Assembly: GCA_000708835.1 (NCBI GenBank)
Contig: DF237329.1
Span: 26,571-90,570, forward strand
Direction of reading: 5' to 3'
Origin: Klebsormidium nitens
Lineage: Eukaryota; Plantae; Klebsormidiophyceae
DNA length: 64,000 bases
A program made the position numbers and the translations under genes. This document shows, one piece after another, positions 1 through 12,465 of this stretch (its first letter is position 1; each line of letters begins with the position of its first letter). The notes beneath the pieces are model-generated. The model did no database searches and was not told the DNA's origin. It saw nothing but the letters and a program-made list of their open reading frames with translations.

Positions 1-440
1 TGGTTGGACTCGAGAGGAACAGGTAACCCCGCACCTAACTCCTTTTCACAGACAGGTAACCCACTTCTAACTGCTTTTCGGAGACAGTACTCCACACTAA
101 AGTAACTTCACCCTAGGCGTCGAGTTCATGGCTGGGCTCGAGAGGAACAGGTAACCCCGCACCTAACCACTTTTCTGGAGACAGGTAACCTACACCACGT
201 GCTTTCCGTAAATAGGTAACCCAATACCTGAATGCTTTCCACAAACAGGAAACCCACACCTAAGTAACTCTCGAAAACGGATTGCCCTAGGCGTCGGGCT
301 CTCATGGTGGGGCTCGAGAGGAATAGGTAACCCATCACCTAACCAGAGTTCCTGGTAATAGCTAACCCGCATACCCTTCTGAAAGAGGTCATTCTAGGCC
401 TCCGGTTTACGGTCGGGCTTGAAAGGAACAGGTGTTCCCT
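1..440 (+). repeat. Degenerate tandem repeat built from the 3' end and donor site of a GH51 exon (GLERN|GT)
   Basis: (G)GGCTCGAGAGGAACAG|GTAAC-like units have their GT at 23, 151, 327 and 432, with extra AGGTAACC sub-repeats. They translate as (F)MxGLERN-AG, which joins in phase to T-GAC-GTC-ATC (S-D-V-I) at 793. Copy 1 may be the real exon end. Confidence 0.75.
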
Positions 441-792
441 CTAATCCTTACCACTATTGAAGACTCTTGGTAAAAAGTAGTGGCTATCAGTTCCAGAAGC
501 TCGTCCAGCGCCTGCGTTCCAAAGCAGGCTTGGCTCTGAAAGTGCTCGGAAGAAGTATCCAAGCTTTTTGATGTGACCTGAAGATGCTCTCTCTGTGACA
601 CGATCAAGCAGATTGGCTCTTTTTACGGTTATCATGGCAGTCGTCCCCTCTAGTATCGTCATCAAGATGGCGAGCTAAACTTCCCTGTCGGTGACCATTT
701 TAGGATCTGTGGTGTCCGTAGGAAACATTCTCCTCCTGAATCCAATTCTTCGGAGAAGATCGTCGGTTGCTGACGTCAGCTGCCCCTTGCAG

Positions 793-2481
793 TGACGTCA
801 TCGAGATGGCGAGCTACGCGCCGCTGTTCGTGAACACGCACGACCGGACGTGGAACCCCGACGCGATTGTGTTCAACTCGTGGCAGAGCTACGGGACGCC
901 CAGCTACTGGGTGCAGGTGGGTCAGACAAACCTCGTTTTATTTTTTCTACAAGTCGTAAGCAAGATTTAGACTAGCTCAGTGGAGATCAACATCTATGGA
1001 ATGATCAGAACAGTTCTCGTGTTTGCGGCAGAGCTACGGACGCCCGGGTATTGGGTGCAGGTGGCTCAGCGTAACCCGATTTGAAGAACTTTTGAGAACT
1101 TGGACGAGCAAATGGGGTCACCAGCTAGTCCACGTTGTTATGTCAACCAAGACCGGGTTCAAGCTGGGGCACAAGTATGGGAGCTCAGGTATTGGATTGC
1201 AGGCGGGTCAGCTTAACCCAATCCGTTGAGCAGTCGAATCACCACAGGTCCACCGGATCGTCTGCACGTATAGGGTTCACCTTACCTTCGGTAAACAGGG
1301 TTTCAATAGCAACGTCGAGGCGATTTTGTATCTATACGGAGCCAAGGTTACGCGTAATGGAACAAAGGTACATGGACGAAAGCGGACGAAACCCCCTTTT
1401 TCCCGCCTTGAACAATGCCGCTGATAAGATTTTGAGGCAGCGGCAGCAGCCTGCTGTTGTTCTCCGAACGGGCATCAGAAGTGAACAGGAGAACTGAACA
1501 ATCGCCAGAAGACCAGAAGGCGGCACACCGTATCGAACGCACGGAAGCAAGGCAGAAGTCTCATGTATCGAAACGATTTCCCTTCTGTCGCAGACGATGT
1601 TCAACAGCAGCGGCGGCAGCCTGCTCATCCCCGCGCTGGTGCAAGGCGTCCAGGGCGCGACTGCAAACACTCTGGTTGCGTCAGCAACCAAGCGGGTTGA
1701 CGTCAACCAGGAGCGGTACATCGTGAAGGCCGTCAACTTCGGCGGTCCGATGAACGTCCAGATTCAGCTGAGCGGACTGTCCGAAGACGCGCTCGGTCCG
1801 GAGGTGACCGTTACCACGCTGACAGGTGGCAGCATCTGGGACGAAAACTCGTTTAGCGAGCCGGAGAAGGTGGGTCGGTGCGATGTAGAAAATTAAGGGT
1901 TGAAGTTTTGGTTTTGTCAGGTTACGGAGATTGTTTGTCTGCCGTTGGTGACCGAGCTTGGTTCAATTCTGGTTGCTTGAGTCGGTGTGCATGCGTTCTT
2001 ACACTTCAATGTGAAGCACGTCTGGCTAGACCTGGGTCAGATCGGCTGATGAGAAAGTTGCGATTCAAGGGGTTTGCGACAGTTTGGAGACAAGCTTGTG
2101 TTAGAATGCAACGCCTGCGTCAGGCAAGCGGTGATTCTGTCCTCGACAGGTCGAGAAGCCTCCTTGTTCAACGCAGTTCCAACATTAACTCCTTGTTTCT
2201 AGCATTTTAGCCACCTGATACCTAGTGCCAAAAGCAACGCTATGTGCCTTCTTCCTGGGTAACTTCTGAATGCGGCTCCTCTCTCTCGGTCCCTTCAGGT
2301 GGTGCCTGTGAAGAGCCGAGTGCCTCTGGCCGGCAACGACCTCCTCGTATGGCTTCCCCCAATGTCTGTGAACCTTTTCGAGTTCCCATTGGCGGTTGCA
2401 GAGGCGCGAACAGAAGTCCACGTGGAGGTTCAGACGGAAGAACACGTGGAGGCTAGCTTCGAGAAGATTGCTGTCGTTTGA
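793..2481 (+). CDS. Alpha-L-arabinofuranosidase (GH51), last three exons; 5' part lies upstream of the window
   Basis: Exons 793-916, 1594-1869 and 2299-2481 are GT-AG and in phase. They give DVIEMASYAPLFVNTHDRTWNPDAIVFNSWQSYGTPSYWVQ...YIVKAVNFG...DENSFSEPEKVVP..., the typical GH51 C-terminal domain. Confidence 0.9.
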
Positions 2482-3842
2482 GTGTATTTTAGTACGACGA
2501 GGTTTGGAGACCTGTACCGTAGTCTTGGTGTATGATAGGGGCGATTGGTTGGTAAAGGCTTGTGCGCGATTGACCGTGAGGTTGTACCCAAGTTCCGAGG
2601 GGCTATGTTTGCACCAGGTAACGAGGATTTCGCAAGTAAGCGGGGCAAGACAGGGCTTCAAAGAAGGAAGGGTAATTGACTTGTGATACATTGCGTTAGG
2701 GACGATGACTTTGGCTCGTGCTGCGTTCCCGTCGTATCATAGCCTTGTCGAGGGGATACAAGGGTTCTGCTTCGTAAGACAGATTAGCTTTAGAGCTTTC
2801 TCAAGAGCTTACGCTGTAGAAACGCTGACCCTGGGCGGCGCAACAAGAGGTACAATTGACCGTCACAGCGCGGCCGCGCCCTAAGCTTGGACATCTAACA
2901 CACTTTTCGACAATCATTGAACGTATCATTAAACATATATGAAGTCCAAATCTTCCTTGCCACTTCACCAACAGTCGATCTCGCTTTCGAATTTAGATCC
3001 AGAGACGATCCGTTTCGCCTACCCCCGCGCCCGTCGAGAGCTCTGAGTGAGCTTTGATTGTATACTGGTTGCGATACTCATCGTCCGGCCTCCCTAACGT
3101 TGTATAGTCCGGTCCTTGACATGGACTCACGCACTTTGCACTCTCGATCCTGATTTCAAGCTAGCCGTCTCGGGAACAAGGGGCACGCAAGCCTGCTCAT
3201 GCACTAGGGTCAACATATCACGGCGGAGTCGATCGACGGTGTGCGTATTTCCTAGTATAGCTTGCATTTGTGCATCATGGCAGCATATTGAGTCATTGAT
3301 ATCGGAAGCTATACGCGGTTAATCTAGACAGATTTACTATAGTAGAGACATTCTTCAAGTTGCGAATGATCCCAGCCTGGCAGGTCGCCATAAAGGTATG
3401 CGGCGTATGGAGAGCAAGATGGAAACGGCGGCACGCACCTCCTACTAGGAGGCGCGTGCCGCTAGCTAGGCTACGGGCATCGTGTGCACGGGCCGGCGTG
3501 GCACCGATTGGTGGAGCTGAACTCTTGACGGACGATTTCTTTAATTTATGCGTGCTTTATTCTAGCGAAGCAGCTAGTATAGATAAACCAAGATGAGGGG
3601 TTCTTGTCTTCAGTGAAGCTAGTGTCATCTCAAGGAATCTGTGTTAAGAATCTGTGCTCGTAGGGCATGCATAGCTCAACGAACTGCTGACGATGTGGTT
3701 GAGGTCTCCTTCTGTGGTTATCTTCCACGCTCATGCACCAACCTCGAAGGGCGACCTGAGATGAGAGATACTTTCATGAGACCAAATAAGGTTGCTCGAG
3801 CATTATCAATGAGAGTCGACTGACTTCTCTGGTTTGTTCGAA

Positions 3843-6074
3843 TCAGCTTCCATCAACGACAAGTTTACACCCTGCTGTCTTATTGGATTTGTTTCTTATC
3901 GTTTCAGGCAGATCTAGCAAAGCACTGCAACCTGTCAGGTCCAACGCTTGGAGCTTAGGCCACTTCTCTGCACATCCGGGCAAGTGATGTAGGTTGTCAC
4001 AACTTCTCAGAACTATGGTCAAGACCTCGCTCCAGGAACTAATAGACTCCGGAAGGGTAGTCAGCCTGCGGCACGCCTGATCGTCGACGCCAACTTCAAA
4101 TGAAAATCCAAAAAAATGGTTCGTCCGAGGAAAGACGCCCGCAGGTATGGCCGCCAACACGCAAGGCCCCAAAGCTACGAGCTTTACGCTGGTCCAGTTC
4201 CCTACACTGTCAGGAAGCCTTTCCAACTTAGAACACAGCAACTGAACATACTCTAGTTGCTCCCAGGCACCAACCGTATCTGGCAGCGCTACCAACTCTG
4301 GCCCATGCACGACGAGAGATCTCAGATCCTTCCAAGATGCAACTGCTACTTCTGGAAGCCTCTGCGCCAGCAGATGCCTGACATGAAAGCGGGTCAGCTT
4401 CGACCAGTTCCGTGCACTTTCTGGCACCTCCGCTACCCACTCAAACTCCACGTCCTCTAGGTTCTGCCAAGCTCCCACCGCCAACGGCAGATCTATCCGT
4501 ACAGGGTCGCGCGTCCTAGGAGTCAATTGGAAGCTACGGAGCTGCTTCCACTCACACACCTCTCGAGGAAGCGTCACTAAGCGCTCGCAGGATCTGATAT
4601 GGAGGGTCTGCAATTGCTTCCACCCTCTCACTCCGGAAGGCAGGGCGCACAACTTGCTGCAGTAAGAGATGGTCATCTCCTGAACCAAACCCCATTGGTC
4701 AACGCACTCTGGAAGGAACTCAATCTCGACGGCACGGAGAGTGATGTTCAGAAGCGCGCCCCAGAAATGTCCCTTCACGGTCTTTGGGAGTAAGCTTTTC
4801 AAAGTTGAGCTCACAAAGTCCATGGTTTTCTCGGGTGCTTCTTTAATCGAGAGTAGGCTCTTGAACCCCCGATATGTGTCCAATAAAACATCCTCAAGGG
4901 CGTCCCAACGGCGCCCCCCCTTCGGCAAACGCTCAAGCTTATCGCAAAAGCTTATAGACATTTTTCTCAGATTTCTCCAGCCATGCACGTCCTCGGGTAG
5001 CGTTTCCAGGGTGCCACATTCTTCCAGCCAGACTTCCTGCAGTCCTGTCCACCCCTGGACGCCCTCAGAAAGGTCCTGAAAACTAGAGCAGCGCCGTATA
5101 CTCAATTTGCGAAGCCCCTTCCAGCCCTTTACTTCTACAGGGAGGCCGGAGAGCAAAGGGCAAATCTCTAGCTTCAAAGTTTGCAGGCTGCGCCAAGCGC
5201 TGACTTGCGAAGGGAGCTTTGTCAGGCTGGAGCACGAAGACAAATGCAGCTCGCGCAATCGGGACCACGCGTTCACTTCTGGAGGCAGCGACTCAAGCTT
5301 ACTTGCACCATGCAACCAAAGAACTTCAAGCTTGTTCCAAGCACTTACGGTAGGAGGGAACTGGTGCAGATTGGCACAAATGTGTCTGGAAAGGTTGGGA
5401 GACCCTAAAGCAAGTACCTTCAAGTGTTTCCAGCTTTCAATCACGCCTGGCAAACTATCTAGGTCAAGATTTTTGATCTGAAGATGCTGCAGGCCGGTCC
5501 ATTGCTTGCTTGCAAAGTGAAGGTCGTCACAGTGCGCGAGAGTCAGATTCTTCAAGCAGGTCCATTTTGCAGTCCCAGCTTCTGACAGTTCTCCAAGAAC
5601 CAAGTCACCACGTAGAGCAAAGCTCTCCAGCCACCCCCACTTGAAGATCAGCTTTGGCAATTTTACAACTCTAGGTTTCTGACCAGGAAGATGGTCTTCG
5701 TAGTAAAAGCTGATCTCTAGGTGCTTGATCCGGAGGGAGGTCTTATCTGCAAAGCTCAATATCTTCTCACAGTGTACCTCCACAGCCTGCTTGGAAGTAT
5801 CATCCAGCACCAGATGGAGGCTGTCTAGGCAGGGAAAAAGATTGAAGCGCCTTCCCACTTGTTCAAAAGTAGGTTTCTCTCCGAGTTTGGGCCAACAAAT
5901 GGCAAGGCTTCTGACTCCTTCTCTCCCAACCGAACGCCACTGTTTGCACACTCCACTGAAAATCTTCAAGGATGTCGTGGCGTAAGGTCCTTTGTCGAGA
6001 AGACTTGCTATTCGAACCAGGAGCTCCCTTGGCAAGATGTCGTTGATGCAGGGTGCTCCCTCCTGGCAAGCCAT
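3843..6074 (-). CDS. Intronless F-box plus leucine-rich repeat protein (743 aa)
   Basis: N-terminal F-box-like INDILPRELLVRIASLL...VCKQWRSV, followed by more than 20 LRRs of consensus LPxxVxxWxxLxxLxLxxCxxL. Confidence 0.85.
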   Translation of the reverse strand: MACQEGAPCINDILPRELLVRIASLLDKGPYATTSLKIFSGVCKQWRSVGREGVRSLAICWPKLGEKPTFEQVGRRFNLFPCLDSLHLVLDDTSKQAVEVHCEKILSFADKTSLRIKHLEISFYYEDHLPGQKPRVVKLPKLIFKWGWLESFALRGDLVLGELSEAGTAKWTCLKNLTLAHCDDLHFASKQWTGLQHLQIKNLDLDSLPGVIESWKHLKVLALGSPNLSRHICANLHQFPPTVSAWNKLEVLWLHGASKLESLPPEVNAWSRLRELHLSSCSSLTKLPSQVSAWRSLQTLKLEICPLLSGLPVEVKGWKGLRKLSIRRCSSFQDLSEGVQGWTGLQEVWLEECGTLETLPEDVHGWRNLRKMSISFCDKLERLPKGGRRWDALEDVLLDTYRGFKSLLSIKEAPEKTMDFVSSTLKSLLPKTVKGHFWGALLNITLRAVEIEFLPECVDQWGLVQEMTISYCSKLCALPSGVRGWKQLQTLHIRSCERLVTLPREVCEWKQLRSFQLTPRTRDPVRIDLPLAVGAWQNLEDVEFEWVAEVPESARNWSKLTRFHVRHLLAQRLPEVAVASWKDLRSLVVHGPELVALPDTVGAWEQLEYVQLLCSKLERLPDSVGNWTSVKLVALGPCVLAAIPAGVFPRTNHFFGFSFEVGVDDQACRRLTTLPESISSWSEVLTIVLRSCDNLHHLPGCAEKWPKLQALDLTGCSALLDLPETIRNKSNKTAGCKLVVDGS

Positions 6075-6968
6075 GTCGAGGCTCCCGGACTGCTCGCCAG
6101 AGTCCTTGCAACAGAAACCTCTTACAACAGGGCTTCAACACCGTACCCCTACCTGCTTCATAAGCACAGTGCGCTTCAAAGCGGAACAACAGCGTTTATA
6201 AAATGAAAGCTGACTATCGGGAGGAAAGAATCGTAAATAGAAGGGAGTGCGAATAAGATAAACTCAGACACTCAAGACTTCAGGCTTCAGAGCTTGTTCA
6301 GATTGCGCGTGCGGTCGGGTACGTACGTCGGCCGCGGCCAACTTATCAGGTTGCGCGCGGCCGCTCGCGCGTCCGCGCCATTAAAACAAGGTTTCAAGGT
6401 TTATCGTCCAAAAAAGGCTCGCGGACTTTGATAGCCCGCGGCCGGCGGAACGAACGGAACGGGCCCATCGTACGGCAGAACCTTACGCAGCAGCATCAGG
6501 GGCGAAAGTAGCTCCGCACGCAAATTCAGAAGCAAGCCTGCCGCCATCCACGCTTGAGCTATGAAGCTGCAAAGTTGCTTTTAATACTAAAACGCGTGCG
6601 AAGCAGCTGCCTGCCATCGTCATGGAGATTGGAGCATTGCATTATTGAACTTTCAGTGACTCTCCTAGCTTTGTATTGGACGGTCGTACGTATTACTTCT
6701 TACATGAACGTTCCGCGTAATCAACTTATGCATCGATACTCCATGAGACTCTTCGAAGAATTTCGTTCTGATTACAGCCATGAAAGCAAATGCATCGTGC
6801 AGACCGGTCTTCATGCCAGGATCAATTAAGCCATGCCAGTCCTGTATTCAATTCAATGCAATGTACAACTTTTGGAAAGATTCGAATAACGCAAGCTCTC
6901 GTGCTACTTCGTCCTAGCTGCTGGTGGCTCCATCTACATAAGTCGTGAGCTTTACTTCAAAAACTATG

Positions 6969-9324
6969 TCACGGTTGAACACAAATGTCTACACTTGCAC
7001 CAGATGCAACTTTTTCCTGGGTTTTGTATTGCTCAAACGCTGCAGTGACGGCTTCGTTGCATCCACTGAGCAGCAATGTGACGTCTGGATTTTGAAGAGG
7101 CCAGGTCATCACGGAACTGGGAAGCTCTGTCAGACTGATGCAGCCTGACAACTCAAGTACATCAATCTGGGACCATTCTCGTACAGTGTCAGCAGGCAGG
7201 CGAGTCAAGCTTTAGCAGCCGCTCAGGTCCAGTATTCTCAACTGCTTCCATGCTCCCACGGACTCTGGAAGGGCGGTCAGGCTGATGCACGGCTCGAGGC
7301 CCTCGACCTGATGCGTTCTTCCAAGTCCCAGAGAATAGAGAGCTTGCCAATGACCTACGCTCTCAGGCAACGCCCTCAGGGACCGACATCCACTGAAGGG
7401 TACTTGCCAGATTTTCCTCCACTGGCCGACACTGTCCGGGAGTGACTCCAACTTCGGACACGACAGCTCGATTGACTCTAACTGCGTCCAGGAGCCTACC
7501 GATGCTGGTAGGCTTTGAAGGTTTGGCCCGGAGACGTTCAGATTTGTCAGGTTTGTCCAAGCTTGAACCGCCTGCTCTGGAAGCTGCTCCGCCTTCAAAG
7601 CTTTGATACTAAGGCAGATCAAGTTGGACCATCCTCGAGTGCTTTCGGGGACACTTTCCAGTCTCCCTATAGAAATCTCTTGTACGTTCACCCAAGCACC
7701 GACCTCCACAGGAAGAGTCGTCCAAGCCAAGGTGCTTTCGTCACTCTTCAGCTCGATTTTCTGGAGCTGTTTCCATGCGCCTACTTCTTTGGGCAGCGTC
7801 GATACCAAAATACAATCAGCGATGTAAAGGGTTCTCAAATTCCTCCATCCTTCTACACCGGAAGGCAAACCCCGAAATGAGGCGCAGCCAAAAATGGTCA
7901 TCGTTTGGAGGAGGCCCCAGTGAACTACTGCTTCTGGCAAGGATTCGAGCTCGGTGTAGGAAAGTGTAAGATGCACTAATGCCCCCCAGAAGCCCACTTC
8001 CTCTACATTTGAGTTCAAGCTCATTGTTTCTCTCACTGGGTCACTAGGAGCTTCCTTCAGTAAGCCTTTGATTTGTTTGTTATTGCCCAAGCAAACCGTC
8101 TCCAAAGAGGTCCATTGTTGAACCTCTTCGGACAAGTGCCTAAGCTGCCCGCAATGGCTGATGTTGATGCTCTTGAGCTCAATCCAACACTTGGGAAGAC
8201 CTTGTAAGTTGTAAGGCGTCACAGCTGTTTATATAGACATCCTGCAACTCCCTCCATCCACCGACACCCTCAGAAAGGCTGCGAAAGCTAGAGCAGGAGG
8301 ACAACACAATCTTACGCAGTCGCTCCCAGCCCTCAACTTGCGTAAGAAGCCCGGGGAGTCTCACGCAGCAGCTCAGATTCAAATCTTGCAATGACTTCCA
8401 CAGTCCCACCGAAGGGGGAAGCGCAAGCAGGCCGACATCTTCGAGACTTAAACTTTGCAAGCTGTGCCAAGCCCCTACTTCTGTTGGGAGCGCTTCGAGA
8501 CTGGGGCATGATCTCAAATACAGCTTGCGCAGCTTGGACCAGGATTTTACTGCTGGTGGAAATGAGTGAAAGGAGGGTGCTCCGCTCAGGCTCAGAACTT
8601 CGAGCTTGTTCCAGACACCTTCGAAGGAAGGGAAGCTCTGCAGCTTAGAACAAGTGCGATTTTGTCCCAAGGCCCCCCCCAGTTGCAATGTTCTCAGATC
8701 CCTCCACATTCCAACGGCGTCTGGAAGCTCTTCCATGTCGAGCTTGTCCACTTTGAGGACTTGCAGGCTCGTCCATTGATTGCTAGCCGGAGGAAAGGCG
8801 TCGCAATAGGTTAGAGTCAGGCTTCTCAGGTGGATCCACCTTCCCATTCCGGACATGCTTCCAAGAACAAAAGCATTCCCCAGAGCAAGGCTCTCAAGCC
8901 AGTCCCAACGAAGAATGGCGTCTGGCGTCGCACGAAGTGGAGATGCAGGGTAGTAAAGGCCAAATGCTAGATGCTTGATGCGGACGGGCTTCTGATCAAC
9001 AGAGCTTATTACTCTCTCAGATACCTCTAACGTGGTCTGGTCCTGCGTTCGCAGATGAAGGGCATCTACGTAGGGAAAGAAGCGTAACAATCTCAAGACA
9101 TGCTCTTCTGCATCCCCTCCATGAAGACTGCAGTTGATCCATAGACCCTTAGCTGCTTCTCGTCCGATTGAGCGCCACTCTCTGCAAACTTGCATGAAGC
9201 TCTCCAGACGACCATACTTTCTGTTGCTGGAAGGCTGATCTGAGACTAGAAGTCGTCCTATGTGAGTAAGTATCTCCCTCGGCAAAGCAGAGTTGATGCA
9301 CGGTGCTGCATCCTCGCAAGCCAT
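6969..9324 (-). pseudogene. Second F-box/LRR paralog, disabled by a frameshift and an in-frame stop
   Basis: ORFs 8179-9324, 7212-8222 and 6969-7208 are colinear with the first copy (MACEDAAPCINSALPRE vs MACQEGAPCINDILPRE). A 7-bp tandem duplication TTGTAAG at 8202-8215 shifts the frame. TAA at 7212-7214 is in frame with the downstream LRR ORF. Confidence 0.8.
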
Positions 9325-10165
9325 GCTCTGAAGACCTCAAGGAGGCTCCTGCGGAAAATTCCCGGCAGCTTGGTCTGTGCTTGGGCGCCCCCCCAAGCAG
9401 GATCAATTGCGGAAAAGGCTCCAGCTAAACAAAGACGGTCCCTAACGATCCCTGTTAAACTGCTCACAGTACTATTAAAAGACTCGAAGCCCTTCAAGTT
9501 ACCTTGACTTGAGTTGAAGCAAGCACTGAGCTAGCGCGGCGCGCGGCCGGGTGCGCGGTCGCGTCATCAAAGAGAGGTTTCAATCAAACCTCGCGGACGG
9601 TTCGAAGTCCGACGGAACCAACGGAACTGCCCAATGTGCTACGGACGGTCTTCGGTGTCATGTGTGGAACGAATCTAGCTGTACTGTCTTTGCGTCACGC
9701 TCATCAAAGCCTGCCCCTCTTTAAAATCAACCTTGAATCTGTCTCACACTTTGCTCCAGAGGCGGCATACGAGGCAGCTGCCTGCAAAAACCATCGTCCT
9801 GAGCTGCTTTGAGAGTTTCCACCTTTGTATTTGACGGCCTAATTGGAATCGGTTGGTCTTTTCACAAGCTTCTGCTTAATGTGGATCATTCGTCCGCATA
9901 AATCTCCTCTAAGAAGCTATGTCTTGCTGTAAATCAAGTGCTGACTTAAGAATAATCTAATCAGGAATGAGCCGCTGTTTTGAGAGCGGTTTGGATGAAA
10001 TCTTTGACAATCACCTGACGCGTGACGTAGCCTCGAGTGGTAGCGTTTCTGATCAAGGCCAATCGTGAAGGGGAAAAAGGTTGAAGTCTCAAAGCCCTAT
10101 TCCAGAAGCTTCGTCACTTTGCTCGACTCTGGAAGAGGACTAAGGCTTCTTTGGAAAAAGCATTC

Positions 10166-11083
10166 ATGGGAACCGGTCGGAAGTACGTCGAAGCGGAGAC
10201 GGATCAGCTGAAGAAAAGCAATCTTCTCCTCCGTCTTTTGTTAGAGGTACAGGATGCCGAACGAACTCTTCAAGGTAAGAGGAGGAGCGTGATGAGAACA
10301 ATCGTCACAACTAGCTCAAGCAGTTCTCAGGGCTTCGCTCCGGCTTCGCTTTCTCATGCCGAATTTTATTGTTGTTGCATGGTAAATTCAATGCAGCTTT
10401 GAGCGTTTCAACGGGTCACTGCTTGTTCTGACTTGTCTTGCTCTTATTACTCCTGTTTTGCAGAGGATCCAAACGTAAGGACCACCGATAACGGAACCTT
10501 ACATGGAGAAGATGGCGAACTTCAGGTCAGTCTCAAACGATCCGTTTCTTATGTATCTTCTAGACAGACCCTTACAGAGGGTGTTACAGGTGACTGATGA
10601 TCTACGATTCCCACAATTGATATCAAAGAGTAACAAAGTAACAAAAGCTCTTCCTGTTAATTGAGGGCCAACCACTTGAGGACCATGTAGTGCATTGTAA
10701 CGTCAGGTCTTAAATGAATGAGCTTTTCTGAGATTCCCACAACTTTTTTTTCCTGAAATTCAGTACCATGAGAAGGAGTCTTATTTGACAAGTACGCATT
10801 TGAAGGATATGTATCCATATTCAGAGTCCTTTTGAGAAATGAGGTGCATGTGTGTAGGAGCTGATCAATCGGTGATTGAAGTCATGAAAATGGTTTTCGG
10901 ACGTTCACGGTCAATTTTGACTCTTCTCGCTCGCTGCAGAAAGATGAGTCCTTGCTGCCATCTCTCATTCGACTAAAAGACGAATTCGAGAACTACATCT
11001 CACGGCAAAGCAAGCTCAACAAGGCAAGAGCTCTTCTCGCGATACTAGGAGTGGCTGCCGTTATGTACGTCTGCATATGTTGA
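10166..11083 (+). CDS. Putative small protein with a C-terminal hydrophobic tail; 5' end uncertain
   Basis: Phase-compatible GT-AG exons 10166-10274, 10464-10525 and 10940-11083 end in KARALLAILGVAAVMYVCIC*. The frame stays open upstream to 10085. No family recognised. Confidence 0.45.
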
Positions 11084-12465
11084 AGTAGCCGACGAATTGT
11101 ACATAGGGTGTAAAGCTAGCTGCCATAAAGTTTGAACAACCGACAGTTGTTGCCGTGGTTTGAGAGCCTTACTAAGGGAATTGATCTAGCTCGAGCAAGT
11201 TAGAAAAGGGGTGGCCCATCATCCACCATCAAAAGGCGTATTGAGGTGAAGTCTGCCAGCATATCTCTCTGCCTCACAGATCGGTTACAGCTCTACCTTT
11301 CCTGGAATAATCTTGAACCCTGTGTCCTTGTACTGACCTACGTGCCTTTTTTGACATCTGGCGTTGACCTGAGTGAAGTGCGTCAAGGTGACAAACTTGA
11401 GACTGTCACAGCGTGTAACAATGCCAGGCGCTGCGCGCGGGGCAGAAGACACCTCAAATGACCTACGTTGCAGAACTTCAGAATTTTCAGCCTAGCTCAT
11501 TATGCAATCATTGAAGAGAAGTAGGTACTTGCCCTGGCATAGATGACATCCGAGCGAGAATGTTGCAGGGCCGGCGTCCAACTGTCTTGCTGCCTCAGCT
11601 GATTGCCAACCCGTTGACGTGCACATCCATATATATACATACTATGTATACATATATGTGTATGATCAACTCGATCAGTGAGTCCGATATAAGCACAATA
11701 GCTTTACATGGCGTACGTGTAGGTTTGTGCATGCGAGCGGCTATCCGACATGTGCGCGGGCCACTGAGACGGTTTGCGAGGCCCTCAGTGCACGTACACA
11801 TGATCTTCAACAATTTCGAAGCTAGGATCCGACAAGTTTGTATATACTGTGTCTGACGGCTGACCAACTGCAATCATCTTCCAAGAGTCATGGCGATCCG
11901 ACTGAATGAAGCAGCAATCCGACACGTAAATGCGCGTACGTACCGCCGATCGATCTTGCATCATTTCAAGCAGCAAATAAAGTATGGGCGTGCCAAATAC
12001 GTTTGCTAAGCGGACCGGCGTACGCGGGCATGCCAGAGCATTGGACGCGCAACCAACTTCAGGCGGCCCACCTTGAGCGCTAGCCAGCACCATTTTTGAA
12101 TCAACATTCTAACTGAGCACACACTGAGGTCGAACGATCACATGCCAGGCCCGGCTCATGCGCAACTTGATGTCCCTTATGGAACAGATTGGTTCTAGCA
12201 ACAGGGCGGTCCGGTCTATCAGTGCTACAAATTGTGAGAACGATCATAGAGAAAAGCCTACTATTCTGACCTTTTTGACTCTGCTCGTTGCATGAGCAAC
12301 TTGCTAGCTTGTCAGTACTGGTCGGAGTGTACGCATGCTAGTACCAGTATGACAAAAGTGTCGGAGAGCTTGCCGAATTCATAAGAAAACCGTACGCCAG
12401 GACTATGCTACTACAGAATGATTCTTTGGTCTGTATGTCGAATATATTGCTGTTGATCTCTAAAA

